From positions 30,158 to 94,157 of the forward strand of contig JAQXIY010000102.1 of NCBI GenBank assembly GCA_029008035.1: DNA of 64,000 nucleotides, in the 5' to 3' direction. Source of the stretch: Lachnospiraceae bacterium (GTDB lineage Bacteria; Bacillota; Clostridia; Lachnospirales; Lachnospiraceae). The position numbers and the translations under genes were made by a program. Positions 10,992 through 20,816 of the stretch are shown one piece after another. The notes under the pieces were generated by a model. That model had not been told where the DNA came from and did no database searches. It was given only the letters and a program-made list of their open reading frames with translations. Position 1 is the stretch's first letter. Each line of letters opens with the position of its first letter.

Positions 10992-11605
10992 GCCTAAAAG
11001 GAAAGTTGAATTATGCGTATCATGTCTTAATCAAAAGAGATGTTATGCCGTTTTGGAAAGAGAAGAACTTCGGACACTGGGGGCAGGGTGCACAAATGAT
11101 GTATCCGGTCACAGCACTGGAGGGAACCGGACATATGAGTGTGGGGGACAATACCAGAATCAACAAGTTTGCCCGCTTGCAGTGCTACAGCCAGAATGGA
11201 GCAGATGGCAAGATTATCTTAGGCAAAGGATGTTACATCGGATTCCGATTTACCATATTGTCCGGACCGGGAGCGCAGGTTTGTCTGGGGGATGATGTAT
11301 TGATAGCAAGTGATGTAATGATTTCCAGCGAAAATCATGGCATGAACCCGGAAGATTCCACTCCATATATGGACCAGCCATTGACCTCCGCATCTGTGGA
11401 GATTGGAGACGGATGCTGGATTGGCGAGAAGGTTTGTATTATGCCGGGTGTGACCATCGGTAAGAAATCCGTTATTGGTGCAGGAAGTGTTGTTACAAAG
11501 AGCATACCGGATTATTCCATTGCAGTTGGAAATCCTGCAAGAGTGATTAAGCGGTATGATTTTGATATGCATAAATGGGTAAAGGCAAACAATAGTGAGG
11601 AGTAG
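10988..11605 (+). CDS. Hexapeptide-repeat (LbH) O-acetyltransferase
   Basis: IGDGCWIGEKVCIMPGVTIGKKSVIGAGSVV and GNPARVIK. Confidence 0.88.
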   Translation: MSLKGKLNYAYHVLIKRDVMPFWKEKNFGHWGQGAQMMYPVTALEGTGHMSVGDNTRINKFARLQCYSQNGADGKIILGKGCYIGFRFTILSGPGAQVCLGDDVLIASDVMISSENHGMNPEDSTPYMDQPLTSASVEIGDGCWIGEKVCIMPGVTIGKKSVIGAGSVVTKSIPDYSIAVGNPARVIKRYDFDMHKWVKANNSEE

Positions 11606-11609
11606 AGAT

Positions 11610-12446
11610 ATGAGAATTCTTGTTACAGGTGCAAACGGATATTTAGGACAAGGTGTGGTGAAGCAGCTATTAGATGATGGATTTGAAGTGGCTGCCACAG
11701 ACTTTTCCGGACAGTTTATTGATGAGAGAGCAGACAAGTATGAGGTGAATCTCTTTGAGATTGACAATCCATTTGAGTATTTTGGCAGACCAAATGTAGT
11801 GCTACATATGGCTTGGCGGGATGGATTTAAGCATGCATCCATCAACCATATCAATGATTTGCCAAAGCACTATGCTTTTTTGGCTTCCATGATAGAACAT
11901 GGCGTCGATAGGGTTTGCGTCATGGGAAGTATGCATGAAGTGGGATTTTATGAGGGCAGTATAGATGAGAATACGCCTACCAATCCAATGAGTCTGTATG
12001 GTATCAGCAAGAATGCTTTGAGAAACAGCGTAAAAATCCTGGCAGACGAAAAAGGGGTTATTTTCCAGTGGATTAGAGGATTTTATATTGTTGGAAACAG
12101 CATTAACGGATGCTCCATTTTTTCAAAAATTGTACAGGCTGCCAACGAAGGGAAAAAAAAATTTCCATTTACTATGGGATTGAATCAATTTGACTTTATT
12201 GATTTTGACACCTTCTGTCAGCAGGTGGCGGCTGTGGCAGAGCAGGATGATATCAACGGAATCATCAATTGTTGTTCGGGACGGCCCATGAAGCTCAGTG
12301 AGAGAGTAGAAAGCTTTATTGCGGAAAATGGCTTTGACATCAAACTTCAATATGGCGCATTTCCGGATCGGCCATATGATTCCAAGGCGATATGGGGCAA
12401 TGATGCAAAAATCAACGAGATTATGAGGAGAAAACATAATTCATGA
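11610..12446 (+). CDS. NAD-dependent epimerase/reductase, probably dTDP-6-deoxy-L-talose-forming (Tll-like)
   Basis: GANGYLG Rossmann motif, YGISK catalytic motif, HMAWRDGF/GSMHEVG signature; specific substrate is inference. Confidence 0.7.
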   Translation: MRILVTGANGYLGQGVVKQLLDDGFEVAATDFSGQFIDERADKYEVNLFEIDNPFEYFGRPNVVLHMAWRDGFKHASINHINDLPKHYAFLASMIEHGVDRVCVMGSMHEVGFYEGSIDENTPTNPMSLYGISKNALRNSVKILADEKGVIFQWIRGFYIVGNSINGCSIFSKIVQAANEGKKKFPFTMGLNQFDFIDFDTFCQQVAAVAEQDDINGIINCCSGRPMKLSERVESFIAENGFDIKLQYGAFPDRPYDSKAIWGNDAKINEIMRRKHNS

Positions 12447-13360
12447 AACAAATCTATGTAAAACTGCGAGGCAGAATCGGCAACCAATTATTTGTATATG
12501 CATTTGCAAGACAGCTTCAAAGAGAATATGGCGAAGAAGCTATGATTGTGATTGACGATACAGAAGTGCTCAAGGTGGATTGGGAGGATTCCCTGCCCTA
12601 TTATGATATCAAGAATATTCGCTTTGTTCATGATGAGCCAATTGAAAAAAGCATTTTTTCCATCAAGCAGCGCGCCGTAAAAGGATTCTTCAGCACAGAA
12701 GCAGTAGGGAAGAATTTTATGGACAAGTATGCCGTTGAAAAGAAATGGCAGCCCAGGCTGAATCAAAACGGTATTATCAGCTGTGAAAACGGCTTTATCG
12801 ATTATAAGTTGAACACCCGTAAAAATGTATTTATAGAGGGATACTTTCAATCAGAAAAGTATTTTAAAGACGCATATGAGGACATCAGATACGAATTGCG
12901 CCCGGAACAATTCAAAGAGATTGATACATATCCCAACATTGACAAGATACGAGAGAGAAATACCGTATGTATCAGTATCAAAGTGGAACACAATGTGGGA
13001 AATGAACTCTATGAAGTTTGTGATATGAAGTATTGGGAAAAGGCTATTGCCTATATTACGGAACAGGTGGAAAACCCCTTGTTTTTCATATGCTCAGACA
13101 ATGTGGATTACGTGGTGAATAACTTGATAGATACGGACCATTTTGATTACGTAGTACAGAGCAAAGAGTATCCGGTACACGTTTCACTGGCGGTGATGAA
13201 CCAATGTAAGCATTTTATTATTGGCAATACCACCTTCGGCTGGTGGGCACAGTATTTAGCAGATGCGCCTGATAAGATTGTTGTGGCACCTTCCAAGTGG
13301 ATGCTGGTGGACATGCCAATTGACATATATCAGGAGGGGTGGCATCTGATAGAGGTTTAG
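12443..13360 (+). CDS. GT11 (alpha-1,2-fucosyltransferase-like) glycosyltransferase
   Basis: GRIGNQLFVYA, GYFQSEKYF, SDN, IIGNTTFGWWAQYL motifs; HxRRGD motif replaced by SIKVEH. Confidence 0.85.
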   Translation: MKQIYVKLRGRIGNQLFVYAFARQLQREYGEEAMIVIDDTEVLKVDWEDSLPYYDIKNIRFVHDEPIEKSIFSIKQRAVKGFFSTEAVGKNFMDKYAVEKKWQPRLNQNGIISCENGFIDYKLNTRKNVFIEGYFQSEKYFKDAYEDIRYELRPEQFKEIDTYPNIDKIRERNTVCISIKVEHNVGNELYEVCDMKYWEKAIAYITEQVENPLFFICSDNVDYVVNNLIDTDHFDYVVQSKEYPVHVSLAVMNQCKHFIIGNTTFGWWAQYLADAPDKIVVAPSKWMLVDMPIDIYQEGWHLIEV

Positions 13361-13394
13361 TCTGCAACAAGCCATGTTTGGAGAGGAGAATACA

Positions 13395-14246
13395 TTGAAT
13401 AAAATAGGAATTTTATATATTTGTACGGGTAAGTACAATGTGTTTTGGGAAAAGTTTTACCAGTCTTTTGAGAAGTATTTTATGAAGGACTGCGAGTTGC
13501 ATTATTTTGTTTTTACCGATGCGGACACTGTCTTTGATGAAGAGAACAACCATAGAATTCACAGACATTATTTGGAGACATTGCCGTGGCCGTTGATTAC
13601 ACTGTTTCGTTTTCACACTTTTTTGTCCATCAAAGACGAACTGGAGGAAATGGATTATTTGCTTTTCTCCAACTCCAATATGGAGTGTGTTACGGAAGTG
13701 AAGTTTGATGAGATGATGCCTCGAACAGAAAAGGGAGAAGCGCTCTTTACCGTTATGCATCCGGGGTATTTTGGCATGAAATCCAAATATGCTCCGCTGG
13801 AAAGATCCGCAAAATCTTATGCCTATGTGCCATATCGTTATCAGGTTCCCTATGTTATTGGCGCAATGAACGGAGGTACATCAAAAGCCTTTTTGAAGAT
13901 GGCGGAGACGTTAAAGTGGGCAACCGAGGAGGACTTGAAGAGGAATGTTATCGCAAGATGGCATGATGAGTCTCAACTTAATCGCTATATTGCTGACCGA
14001 GATGATGTGAGAATCCTTACACCGGAATACTGTTATCCCTTTGGCATGGATGTAACATATCAGCCTAGGATTGCCGCTGTCAGCAAAAAGGCCAAATTCG
14101 ATGTGGACAGCTTTAAAGGCGTTGACAATACTGCCAAACCATCTAAGTTGGATGGCTGTGTTCGTATGATGAATGTAGTACTTACGAATTTGCGATGCTT
14201 AAGAGATACTGTGCTAAATAGAAAGGTTAGAGAATATGGAATCTAA
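13395..14246 (+). CDS. GT6 family glycosyltransferase (blood group A/B transferase-like)
   Basis: ICTGKY, YFVFTD, WPLITLFRF, NxN in place of DxD, HPGY, WHDESQLNRY; TTG start after GAGGAG. Confidence 0.88.
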   Translation: MNKIGILYICTGKYNVFWEKFYQSFEKYFMKDCELHYFVFTDADTVFDEENNHRIHRHYLETLPWPLITLFRFHTFLSIKDELEEMDYLLFSNSNMECVTEVKFDEMMPRTEKGEALFTVMHPGYFGMKSKYAPLERSAKSYAYVPYRYQVPYVIGAMNGGTSKAFLKMAETLKWATEEDLKRNVIARWHDESQLNRYIADRDDVRILTPEYCYPFGMDVTYQPRIAAVSKKAKFDVDSFKGVDNTAKPSKLDGCVRMMNVVLTNLRCLRDTVLNRKVREYGI

Positions 14247-15579
14247 TAAAGCAGACAATCAGGCACTGTCAGATAAGAAGTTAAGAAGACATATTATGCT
14301 CAACCCAATCTATAAAGGCATATCTATGGTAATATCCCTGGTATATGTACCCGTATTTTTGGCATGCCTGGGTGATGAGAAATATGGTGTGTGGGTGACA
14401 ATTTCTTCTGTGCTGTCATGGCTTACAAGCTTTGACATTGGGATTGGAAATGGACTTCGAAACCGGTTGGCAGAGTATTACGCCAAGGGCGAAGAGGAAA
14501 AGGCGCAAAGTATCGTATCCACATCCTATTGTGCTTTGGGAATGATTTCCATGGCAATGTTTGCGGTATTCTGCGTTCTGGTATATGCGTTTGATTTGCC
14601 GGAATTCCTTGGACTGAATCTGGACAGTGAGCCTATTTCTATCGTGTTAGTGATGGCGGCAGCCGGCGTTTGCATTAACTTTGTGCTTGGTCTGTGCTCA
14701 ACCATATTTTATGCGATTCAGGAATCCAGCGTTGTAGCCTTAAAGGGAATCTTAGTTCAGGTGGGACAGTTAGGCGTTGCGCTGTTTCTGGTTTGGATTT
14801 CCAAGTCAAGCCTTCTCTGGGTAGCGATTTTATATGCCTCAGCGGAGATTGTGGTGAATGTGGCATTTTCCATTTATATTTTTGCTCGTAAGAGATATCT
14901 GAGACCGAAAGTATCTCTGTATAACAGAGCGGATGCAAGGAATGTCACTTCTGTGGGAATTCAGTTTTTTATCTTACAGATTTGTTCCTTGTTGATTTAT
15001 TCTACGGATAATATGATCATCACAAAGTTCATCGGCCCCAGTGAGGTGACACCATACTCTGTGGTACACAATGCATTTACCATTATTATCGCGGTTCATG
15101 CATCTTTAAATCTGCCGATGTGGTCAGCATATACAGCGGCAAACGCAACCAACGATTTAGATTGGATTAAGAGAAACATGCGTAAGGTGTTGCTGGTGAC
15201 ATTGGTGCTTTCGGCAGGCACACTTGTGGCTGTGCCATTATTTAAACCATTGGCAAGAATTTGGCTGCAGAAGGAACTGGCATATGCTTCCGGAATTATT
15301 ATGCTGGAAGCGGTATATACGATCTTATCCATGATGTCAAACAGTTATTCTTCTGTGCTGAGTGGAGTGAACTATGTAAAGAAAACAGTGGTCATTAGTG
15401 TGATACAGGCGATAATCAATATTCCACTTTCCATTTTCTTTGTTACAGCCATGGATATGGGAATTGTTGGTGTAAAGATTGGTAGTGTGATTTCTATTGC
15501 TATGAGTGCAATTACGAACCCGATTTGGGTACACGAATGGTTTCGAAAGAGAAAAGAGGGGCTAAATGCGGCAAAGTAG
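14236..15579 (+). CDS. Polysaccharide flippase (Wzx/MOP superfamily)
   Basis: About 12 TM helices; YGVWVTI, DIGIGNGLRN, TDNMII motifs. Confidence 0.85.
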   Translation: MESNKADNQALSDKKLRRHIMLNPIYKGISMVISLVYVPVFLACLGDEKYGVWVTISSVLSWLTSFDIGIGNGLRNRLAEYYAKGEEEKAQSIVSTSYCALGMISMAMFAVFCVLVYAFDLPEFLGLNLDSEPISIVLVMAAAGVCINFVLGLCSTIFYAIQESSVVALKGILVQVGQLGVALFLVWISKSSLLWVAILYASAEIVVNVAFSIYIFARKRYLRPKVSLYNRADARNVTSVGIQFFILQICSLLIYSTDNMIITKFIGPSEVTPYSVVHNAFTIIIAVHASLNLPMWSAYTAANATNDLDWIKRNMRKVLLVTLVLSAGTLVAVPLFKPLARIWLQKELAYASGIIMLEAVYTILSMMSNSYSSVLSGVNYVKKTVVISVIQAIINIPLSIFFVTAMDMGIVGVKIGSVISIAMSAITNPIWVHEWFRKRKEGLNAAK

Positions 15580-16633
15580 TTCGATGCGTCAATCAAATAT
15601 TGAAATGTTGAGAATACTGTCTATGCTTGGTGTTATTGTTTTGCATTATAATAACGCCGACATAGGTGGGGGATTTTCCTTTGCAAGTCCGTTGAATAAG
15701 ATCATTCTTTACGGCTTTGAAAGTCTGTTTATCTGCGCTGTAAATGTATATCTGCTAATTTCAGCATATTTTTTGTGCAAGAGAGAAGAGAGAAATTGGC
15801 ATAAGCCGGTGGAACTTTTGATTCAGGTGATGGTTTTTGATGCAGGATTACAGGTACTCCGAACCATAATGGGGCAGGGGGGATTTTCTGCAAAATCATT
15901 TCTGATTGCGTTGCTGCCGGATAATTACTTTGTCATATTGTACATCGCGTGTTATTTTATTTCACCTATGATTAATATTGCGCTAAAACAGATGGGCAAG
16001 GACAAATCCGGAAAATTCCTGCTGACGTGTTTTGCGATTCTTTCTGTCTGGCCCACGGTGGTGGATTCCTTGCAAGATTTCACAGGACTGGAGTGGACGG
16101 GACTGAATTCCATCAGCATATCCGGGAGTCAGGGGGGATACACAATCGTGAATTTCCTTCTGGTTTACGCCATTGGGGCCTATATCGGCCTGTATGGATT
16201 TGAGGCTATCCTAGGTGACAGACAATATAAAACAGTATCCCTTTGGATGACTCAAGTGGTGATGTTGGTTCTGATACAGGTATGGGCAATTGCGTCTGAA
16301 CAGTTGGGACTTCCGGGAAGCAGTGCGTGGGATTACTGCAATCCACTGGTTATTGCCCAGGCGGTGCTGTTGTTTGTGATATTTACCCGATTACATATTC
16401 CGCAATTGGGATGGCTGAATGGATTGGCGAAAGGATCGTTTACCGTATATCTGTTACATATTCCGTTCCTTCAGTTTTTCGGTATAGAGAGTGCTGTTCA
16501 AAAGAATGCGCTGTATATGATAGGGCATATGTTGGGAACAGCGGTAACGATATACCTCATATGTTATGTGGTATATGTGATTTATGAAGCGGTGACAAGA
16601 CCAATTTATAAAAAACTTTGGAGACAGGGCTGA
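15566..16633 (+). CDS. Acyltransferase family 3 (membrane O-acyltransferase)
   Basis: RQSNIEMLRILSM..IVLHY, FLISAYF-like, SFTVYLLH motifs. Confidence 0.85.
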   Translation: MRQSSSMRQSNIEMLRILSMLGVIVLHYNNADIGGGFSFASPLNKIILYGFESLFICAVNVYLLISAYFLCKREERNWHKPVELLIQVMVFDAGLQVLRTIMGQGGFSAKSFLIALLPDNYFVILYIACYFISPMINIALKQMGKDKSGKFLLTCFAILSVWPTVVDSLQDFTGLEWTGLNSISISGSQGGYTIVNFLLVYAIGAYIGLYGFEAILGDRQYKTVSLWMTQVVMLVLIQVWAIASEQLGLPGSSAWDYCNPLVIAQAVLLFVIFTRLHIPQLGWLNGLAKGSFTVYLLHIPFLQFFGIESAVQKNALYMIGHMLGTAVTIYLICYVVYVIYEAVTRPIYKKLWRQG

Positions 16634-16655
16634 TTGTTGTAGAAAGGGTTATAGG

Positions 16656-18356
16656 ATGAACAAGGTAACAAAAAGAATGGGGAATATGGTTTTTGTTCTC
16701 TTTGGTATCAGCATCGTTCTTCGATTCTTATTGGCAAATTTTTATCCGAGAACCATCAACTGTTATCCCGACGAGTTTCTTTATTTGTCGCTGGGGGAGA
16801 GCATATGGAACAATCATCAGCTGATGACCTATAATCTTCCCACATATTTTAATAAAATAGGATATTCCTTGTTTTTGGCACCGGCGTTTGCCATAACGGA
16901 CATAAAACTGCGGGGGGTGTGTATTGCGTTTGTGAATGCAGTTCTTGTGTCCTTGGGTGTGTTTCCGGTATATGGACTGGCAAAGAGTCTGCTTCGCAAT
17001 CCCAAGCTCATCATACTCAGTGTTGTGCTATATATGATTTCACCAACACTGACATATTCCATGACGTATATGAGTGAGGTACTCTATACACCGCTGGCAC
17101 TAATGCTCATTTATGTTATATATTCCTTTTTCAGAGAAAAGGAAGTGAAGAAAAAGAGCATTCTCTTAGCGCTGGCTTGCCTGATCTGGGTGTTGGCGTT
17201 TCTGACCAAATCTCAGGCGGTGATTTTTCCTGTGGCGTTTCTTCTGTGTTGCCTGATAACACTTCTGAGGAAAGAGAAGACGAAAAACGTGAGGGGCTTT
17301 TGGGGCATCATCCTTCTGTTTTTGGTACTTGCAGTGGTGGGGGCATATCTTATGACTCACATCAACAGTCAGTACTACCAGTTAGGGATTGATGTGAACA
17401 TCCTTAAACAAAAGGGCACATACATTGCATTTGGCAGTTTGTTTTATCTGCTCATGATTGCAGTGGCATTTTGCGTGATTCCCATGGTTCTGCCGGGGGT
17501 GGAATATAGGAAATTGAACAGCGACGCAAAGAATCTGTATCGTTTTCTGATTTCTCTGATACTAGTTACGGTGATTGTGGTGTCTTATATGATTATGGCG
17601 GTGGAGGATTATCCAAGTATGACGCCAAGGGCACATATAAGATATGTGGAGTATGCATTTGTCCCCTTTGTGATTGTGCTGTTTCACTTAATGGAACAAA
17701 AGGAATCGCTCAAAAGAGGTTGGCGACTCATTGCCCCAATGATTGTTTTTTCTGTTTTGCTTTTGATCACTGTGAGGGGATTCGCAGGGCAGACGATAGA
17801 TCAAACAATGTTATTCTACTGGCAGGTGTTTGCAGAGAATGGAAGTGTTATCGCGCCCGGTATTGCCAGGTTAATAAGCGGAGTTTTATCGGTTGTCGCA
17901 GTGGTGTTTGTGGCTTTGTATGGGAAGAACAAGGCGGCGTTTGCGAAATGGTTTGCGGCGTTTCTTATATGCATGTGCATCGGAAATAGTGCGCTTTCGG
18001 TTTATGTGCAGTACAAGACCCATACACATTCCGAAGAAGAAATGGCCGAGATGGAGCAGATGAGAGAATTTGTCATTTCCCATGCGTCGGAAGGCTTCTT
18101 GGTGTTGGAACCTGTGGGACAGGATGAGTTGCTGGACACGTATCTCATAGATTGTGAAAATGTGAGAACGGGGCTGCAACCTGATAGGACTAACATACAG
18201 AGCCGGTACGAAATGCCATCGGATGTTTGCTATATCATAGTTCATAATGTGAGCTATTGTCTCGGTCAAGGTGCGGAGGTAGTTCAGGAATATCCCAATA
18301 TGGGTTATACGCTGTATCAGGTGACAGGCACATTGCCGGAGATAACATCATTATAG
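16656..18356 (+). CDS. Polytopic GT-C/PMT-like membrane glycosyltransferase
   Basis: PDEFLY after first TM, MSEVLY, LTKSQ, RYVE motifs, many TM helices. Confidence 0.65.
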   Translation: MNKVTKRMGNMVFVLFGISIVLRFLLANFYPRTINCYPDEFLYLSLGESIWNNHQLMTYNLPTYFNKIGYSLFLAPAFAITDIKLRGVCIAFVNAVLVSLGVFPVYGLAKSLLRNPKLIILSVVLYMISPTLTYSMTYMSEVLYTPLALMLIYVIYSFFREKEVKKKSILLALACLIWVLAFLTKSQAVIFPVAFLLCCLITLLRKEKTKNVRGFWGIILLFLVLAVVGAYLMTHINSQYYQLGIDVNILKQKGTYIAFGSLFYLLMIAVAFCVIPMVLPGVEYRKLNSDAKNLYRFLISLILVTVIVVSYMIMAVEDYPSMTPRAHIRYVEYAFVPFVIVLFHLMEQKESLKRGWRLIAPMIVFSVLLLITVRGFAGQTIDQTMLFYWQVFAENGSVIAPGIARLISGVLSVVAVVFVALYGKNKAAFAKWFAAFLICMCIGNSALSVYVQYKTHTHSEEEMAEMEQMREFVISHASEGFLVLEPVGQDELLDTYLIDCENVRTGLQPDRTNIQSRYEMPSDVCYIIVHNVSYCLGQGAEVVQEYPNMGYTLYQVTGTLPEITSL

Positions 18357-18402
18357 GTGCTACTTTTTGAATGATTTGGTGCCGGATAGCAAGGAGCTTA
18401 AC

Positions 18403-19344
18403 ATGAAACAGGTTGCAATATTGCTTGCTACATACAATGGAAAAAAATATCTTGGCAAAATGCTGGCGTCCCTTGAGAGTCAAACATATCAGCAATTCGT
18501 CTGTTACATACATGATGACGGTTCCACAGACGGGACTATGGATGTGATGGAGGAATGGATTTCGGAGCACGGAGGGAAGTACCGTATTTTGGAGGGTCCG
18601 GCCCAGGGCTCACCCCAAGCCAACTTCCTCTGGATGTTGTCTCAGGCGGAGGCGGACTATTATATGTTTGCAGACCAGGATGACGTATGGCTGCCAGAGA
18701 AGATTGAGAAGACTGTGGACAAGTTTTCAGAGATTGAGGCTGGCGTTGAGGGACCGATTTGCGTTTTCTCCGACATGTATGTTGTGGACGAAGGCTTGCA
18801 GATCATGAGCCAGTCCTTCATTCGCTATATTGACAGAGACCCAAAACGCACGGCACTTTCCCAATTGTTAATGGAAAATCCGGCAGCAGGATGCACGCAA
18901 TTATTCAACCGGGAACTGCGGGATTTGGCGCTGCAGCTACAGGATATGGAACAGATAGAAATGCATGACATTTGGGTGTTGGCACTGGCAGCAGCATTTG
19001 GACAGGATCACGTGGGTGTAGTGGATGAGCCACTGGTTTATTATCGCCAGCACGGAGATAATGAGATGGGGGCAGTGGCTGAATCCAGGTTGCAAAAAGT
19101 GATACGGAATATCAGGCTAATTTTCTCCGGCGCAGTTTTTGAGAAAAAGCGTGTTTATATACAACAGGCAAGAGATTTGGCAGGACAGTTGGCGTTGGTG
19201 GACGGCTTGCCAGAAGAGATGCACGATTTTTTGAAGGAATTTGCTGACATTGGCAGCAGAGGCAAGCTGGCGCGAGTGCGCTTTTATCGGAAACACCACA
19301 TCACCAAGAACCACGGCACATTGTGGTTGTATCTGTGGGTGTGA
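18403..19344 (+). CDS. GT2 glycosyltransferase (RgpB-like)
   Basis: LATYNG, HDDGSTD, FADQDDVW, MHD, YRQH; start after AAGGAG. Confidence 0.87.
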   Translation: MKQVAILLATYNGKKYLGKMLASLESQTYQQFVCYIHDDGSTDGTMDVMEEWISEHGGKYRILEGPAQGSPQANFLWMLSQAEADYYMFADQDDVWLPEKIEKTVDKFSEIEAGVEGPICVFSDMYVVDEGLQIMSQSFIRYIDRDPKRTALSQLLMENPAAGCTQLFNRELRDLALQLQDMEQIEMHDIWVLALAAAFGQDHVGVVDEPLVYYRQHGDNEMGAVAESRLQKVIRNIRLIFSGAVFEKKRVYIQQARDLAGQLALVDGLPEEMHDFLKEFADIGSRGKLARVRFYRKHHITKNHGTLWLYLWV

Positions 19345-19372
19345 GCCATTAGGGACAGTCACTAATGGCACC
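19343..19372 (+). repeat. REP-like palindromic repeat, copy 1
   Basis: GAGCCATTAGGGACAGTCACTAATGGCACC; exact reverse complement of 53179-53208; extra half-site TGTCCCTATTGG at 19379-19390. Confidence 0.9.
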
Positions 19373-19439
19373 CAGGAGTGTCCCTATTGGTACGGTAATC
19401 AATCCAAATATAGATTGCCTATGGAATTACATTTTTGGA

Positions 19440-19793
19440 TTAGATTTTGCTATCCTCAAAATGGTCCAGATAGGCCATTAATCTTTTTAATTGTTCTTTA
19501 TCCGCTGTATAATATCTCTGGACAAGAGCGAAAAGTTCAGGAGAATCGGTATTATTTACAGTGTACGAAGTGACTGCTGGTGAAGAGGTTTTTCCTTGTA
19601 AATACTCGACAGAGGTATGAAAAACATCAGCCATTTCTTTTATGATTTGGATAGAAGGGGTTCGTTCGCCAGACTCGTATCTCAAATATGCGGGTTGTGA
19701 TACGCCAATTCTCTTGGCGGCTTCCATTTTGGAAATACCTAATGATTCTCTACATCTGATTAATCTTTCAAGTTCTAAATGTCTTGTATTCAT
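19440..19793 (-). CDS. XRE-family HTH transcriptional regulator
   Basis: LGISKMEAAKRIGVSQPAYLRYESGERTPS HTH_3 pattern. Confidence 0.9.
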   Translation of the reverse strand: MNTRHLELERLIRCRESLGISKMEAAKRIGVSQPAYLRYESGERTPSIQIIKEMADVFHTSVEYLQGKTSSPAVTSYTVNNTDSPELFALVQRYYTADKEQLKRLMAYLDHFEDSKI

Positions 19794-19860
19794 TGTTTTC
19801 TCCTATTTTTGAAACAGCATAACGTATAAATAGAGTTGTTCCATCAACATATTTGCATTG

Positions 19861-19905
19861 ATTATACCATTGGTATATGGTAATGTAAACATACCAATGG
19901 TATGT
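19861..19905 (-). promoter_or_regulatory. SigA-type promoter of XRE gene overlapped by two palindromic operators
   Basis: Minus strand TTTACA(19889-19884)-17bp-TATAAT(19866-19861); palindromes TATACCA-T-TGGTATA (19863-19877) and ACATACCA-A-TGGTATGT (19889-19905). Confidence 0.75.
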
Positions 19906-19919
19906 CTGCTTGTGGGTGG

Positions 19920-19948
19920 TTGACAATATGTTGAATACAACATATTAT
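19920..19948 (+). promoter_or_regulatory. SigA-type promoter of TA operon with palindromic operator
   Basis: TTGACA-17bp-TATTAT; inverted repeat AATATGTTG-N4-CAACATATT (19925-19946) across the spacer. Confidence 0.8.
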
Positions 19949-19962
19949 ATAAAGGAGAAAAG

Positions 19963-20316
19963 ATGAGAGAATACCAAATCGATTTTTATGAAATGGAGAA
20001 TGGGACAAAACCTGCGGAGGATTTTCTCAAGACACTTGATTCGAAAATGCTGGCAAAAATTTTGAGAATTATGGATTTGCTTGAAGAATTTGGACCGGTA
20101 CTACGTTTGCCATATTCGGAACATCTTGAAGGTGACATTTTTGAACTGCGTGCGAAACAAGGTGGAGATATTACACGAGTCATGTATTTTTTTGTTGCTG
20201 GAAAGCGGATAATATTAACAAATGGATTCGTTAAGAAATCTCAGAAAACACCAAAGTCAGAAATTATAAAAGCGAAGAAATATAGGGAAGACTATAGAAG
20301 GAGGTATGGAATATGA
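19963..20316 (+). CDS. Type II TA toxin, RelE/HigB (Gp49-like) family
   Basis: LRLPYSEHLEGDIFELR..ITRVMYFF..IILTNGFVKKSQKTP pattern; toxin upstream of antitoxin. Confidence 0.88.
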   Translation: MREYQIDFYEMENGTKPAEDFLKTLDSKMLAKILRIMDLLEEFGPVLRLPYSEHLEGDIFELRAKQGGDITRVMYFFVAGKRIILTNGFVKKSQKTPKSEIIKAKKYREDYRRRYGI

Positions 20317-20600
20317 CTTCTTTTAATGATTTTAAGAAACAGGCTTTGTCAAATCCTGAAATAAAGTCAGAATACGATGCTTTAGAACCAGACTATGATA
20401 TTATCAGAGCGCTAATATTGGCCAGACAACAACAGAATATGACTCAAAAGCAGCTTTCTGAGAAAACAGGTATTACACAGGCTGATATAAGTCGCATTGA
20501 AAACGGGACAAGAAATCCCAGTTTAGGTATGATAAAACGGCTGGCAAAAGGGCTTGGGATGCAACTGAAACTGGAATTTGTTCCAATTCGAAAGAACTGA
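20313..20600 (+). CDS. HigA-like XRE antitoxin
   Basis: MTQKQLSEKTGITQADISRIENGTRNPSL HTH; ATGA overlap with toxin stop. Confidence 0.88.
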   Translation: MTSFNDFKKQALSNPEIKSEYDALEPDYDIIRALILARQQQNMTQKQLSEKTGITQADISRIENGTRNPSLGMIKRLAKGLGMQLKLEFVPIRKN

Positions 20601-20643
20601 GAAAATATTCTTTACAAATAGAAAGATGAAATATGAGAGATGG

Positions 20644-20681
20644 AAAAGCCAGAGGCGATTTTGAACGCTTCTGGCTTTGTT
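20644..20681 (+). terminator. Probable intrinsic terminator after TA operon
   Basis: AAAGCCAGAGGCG...CGCTTCTGGCTTT stem-loop followed by T-rich tract. Confidence 0.6.
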
Positions 20682-20816
20682 GTGTGGTGGATGCGTGTAA
20701 TGACACGGTTTTTGCATGAGAGTAGAGAGGGCTTTGATATTAATGCATAATACAGCTGTATAATTGAATCAAATACATTGTTTTCGGGAAAAAGGTGATT
20801 ACAGAAGGGGAATATT

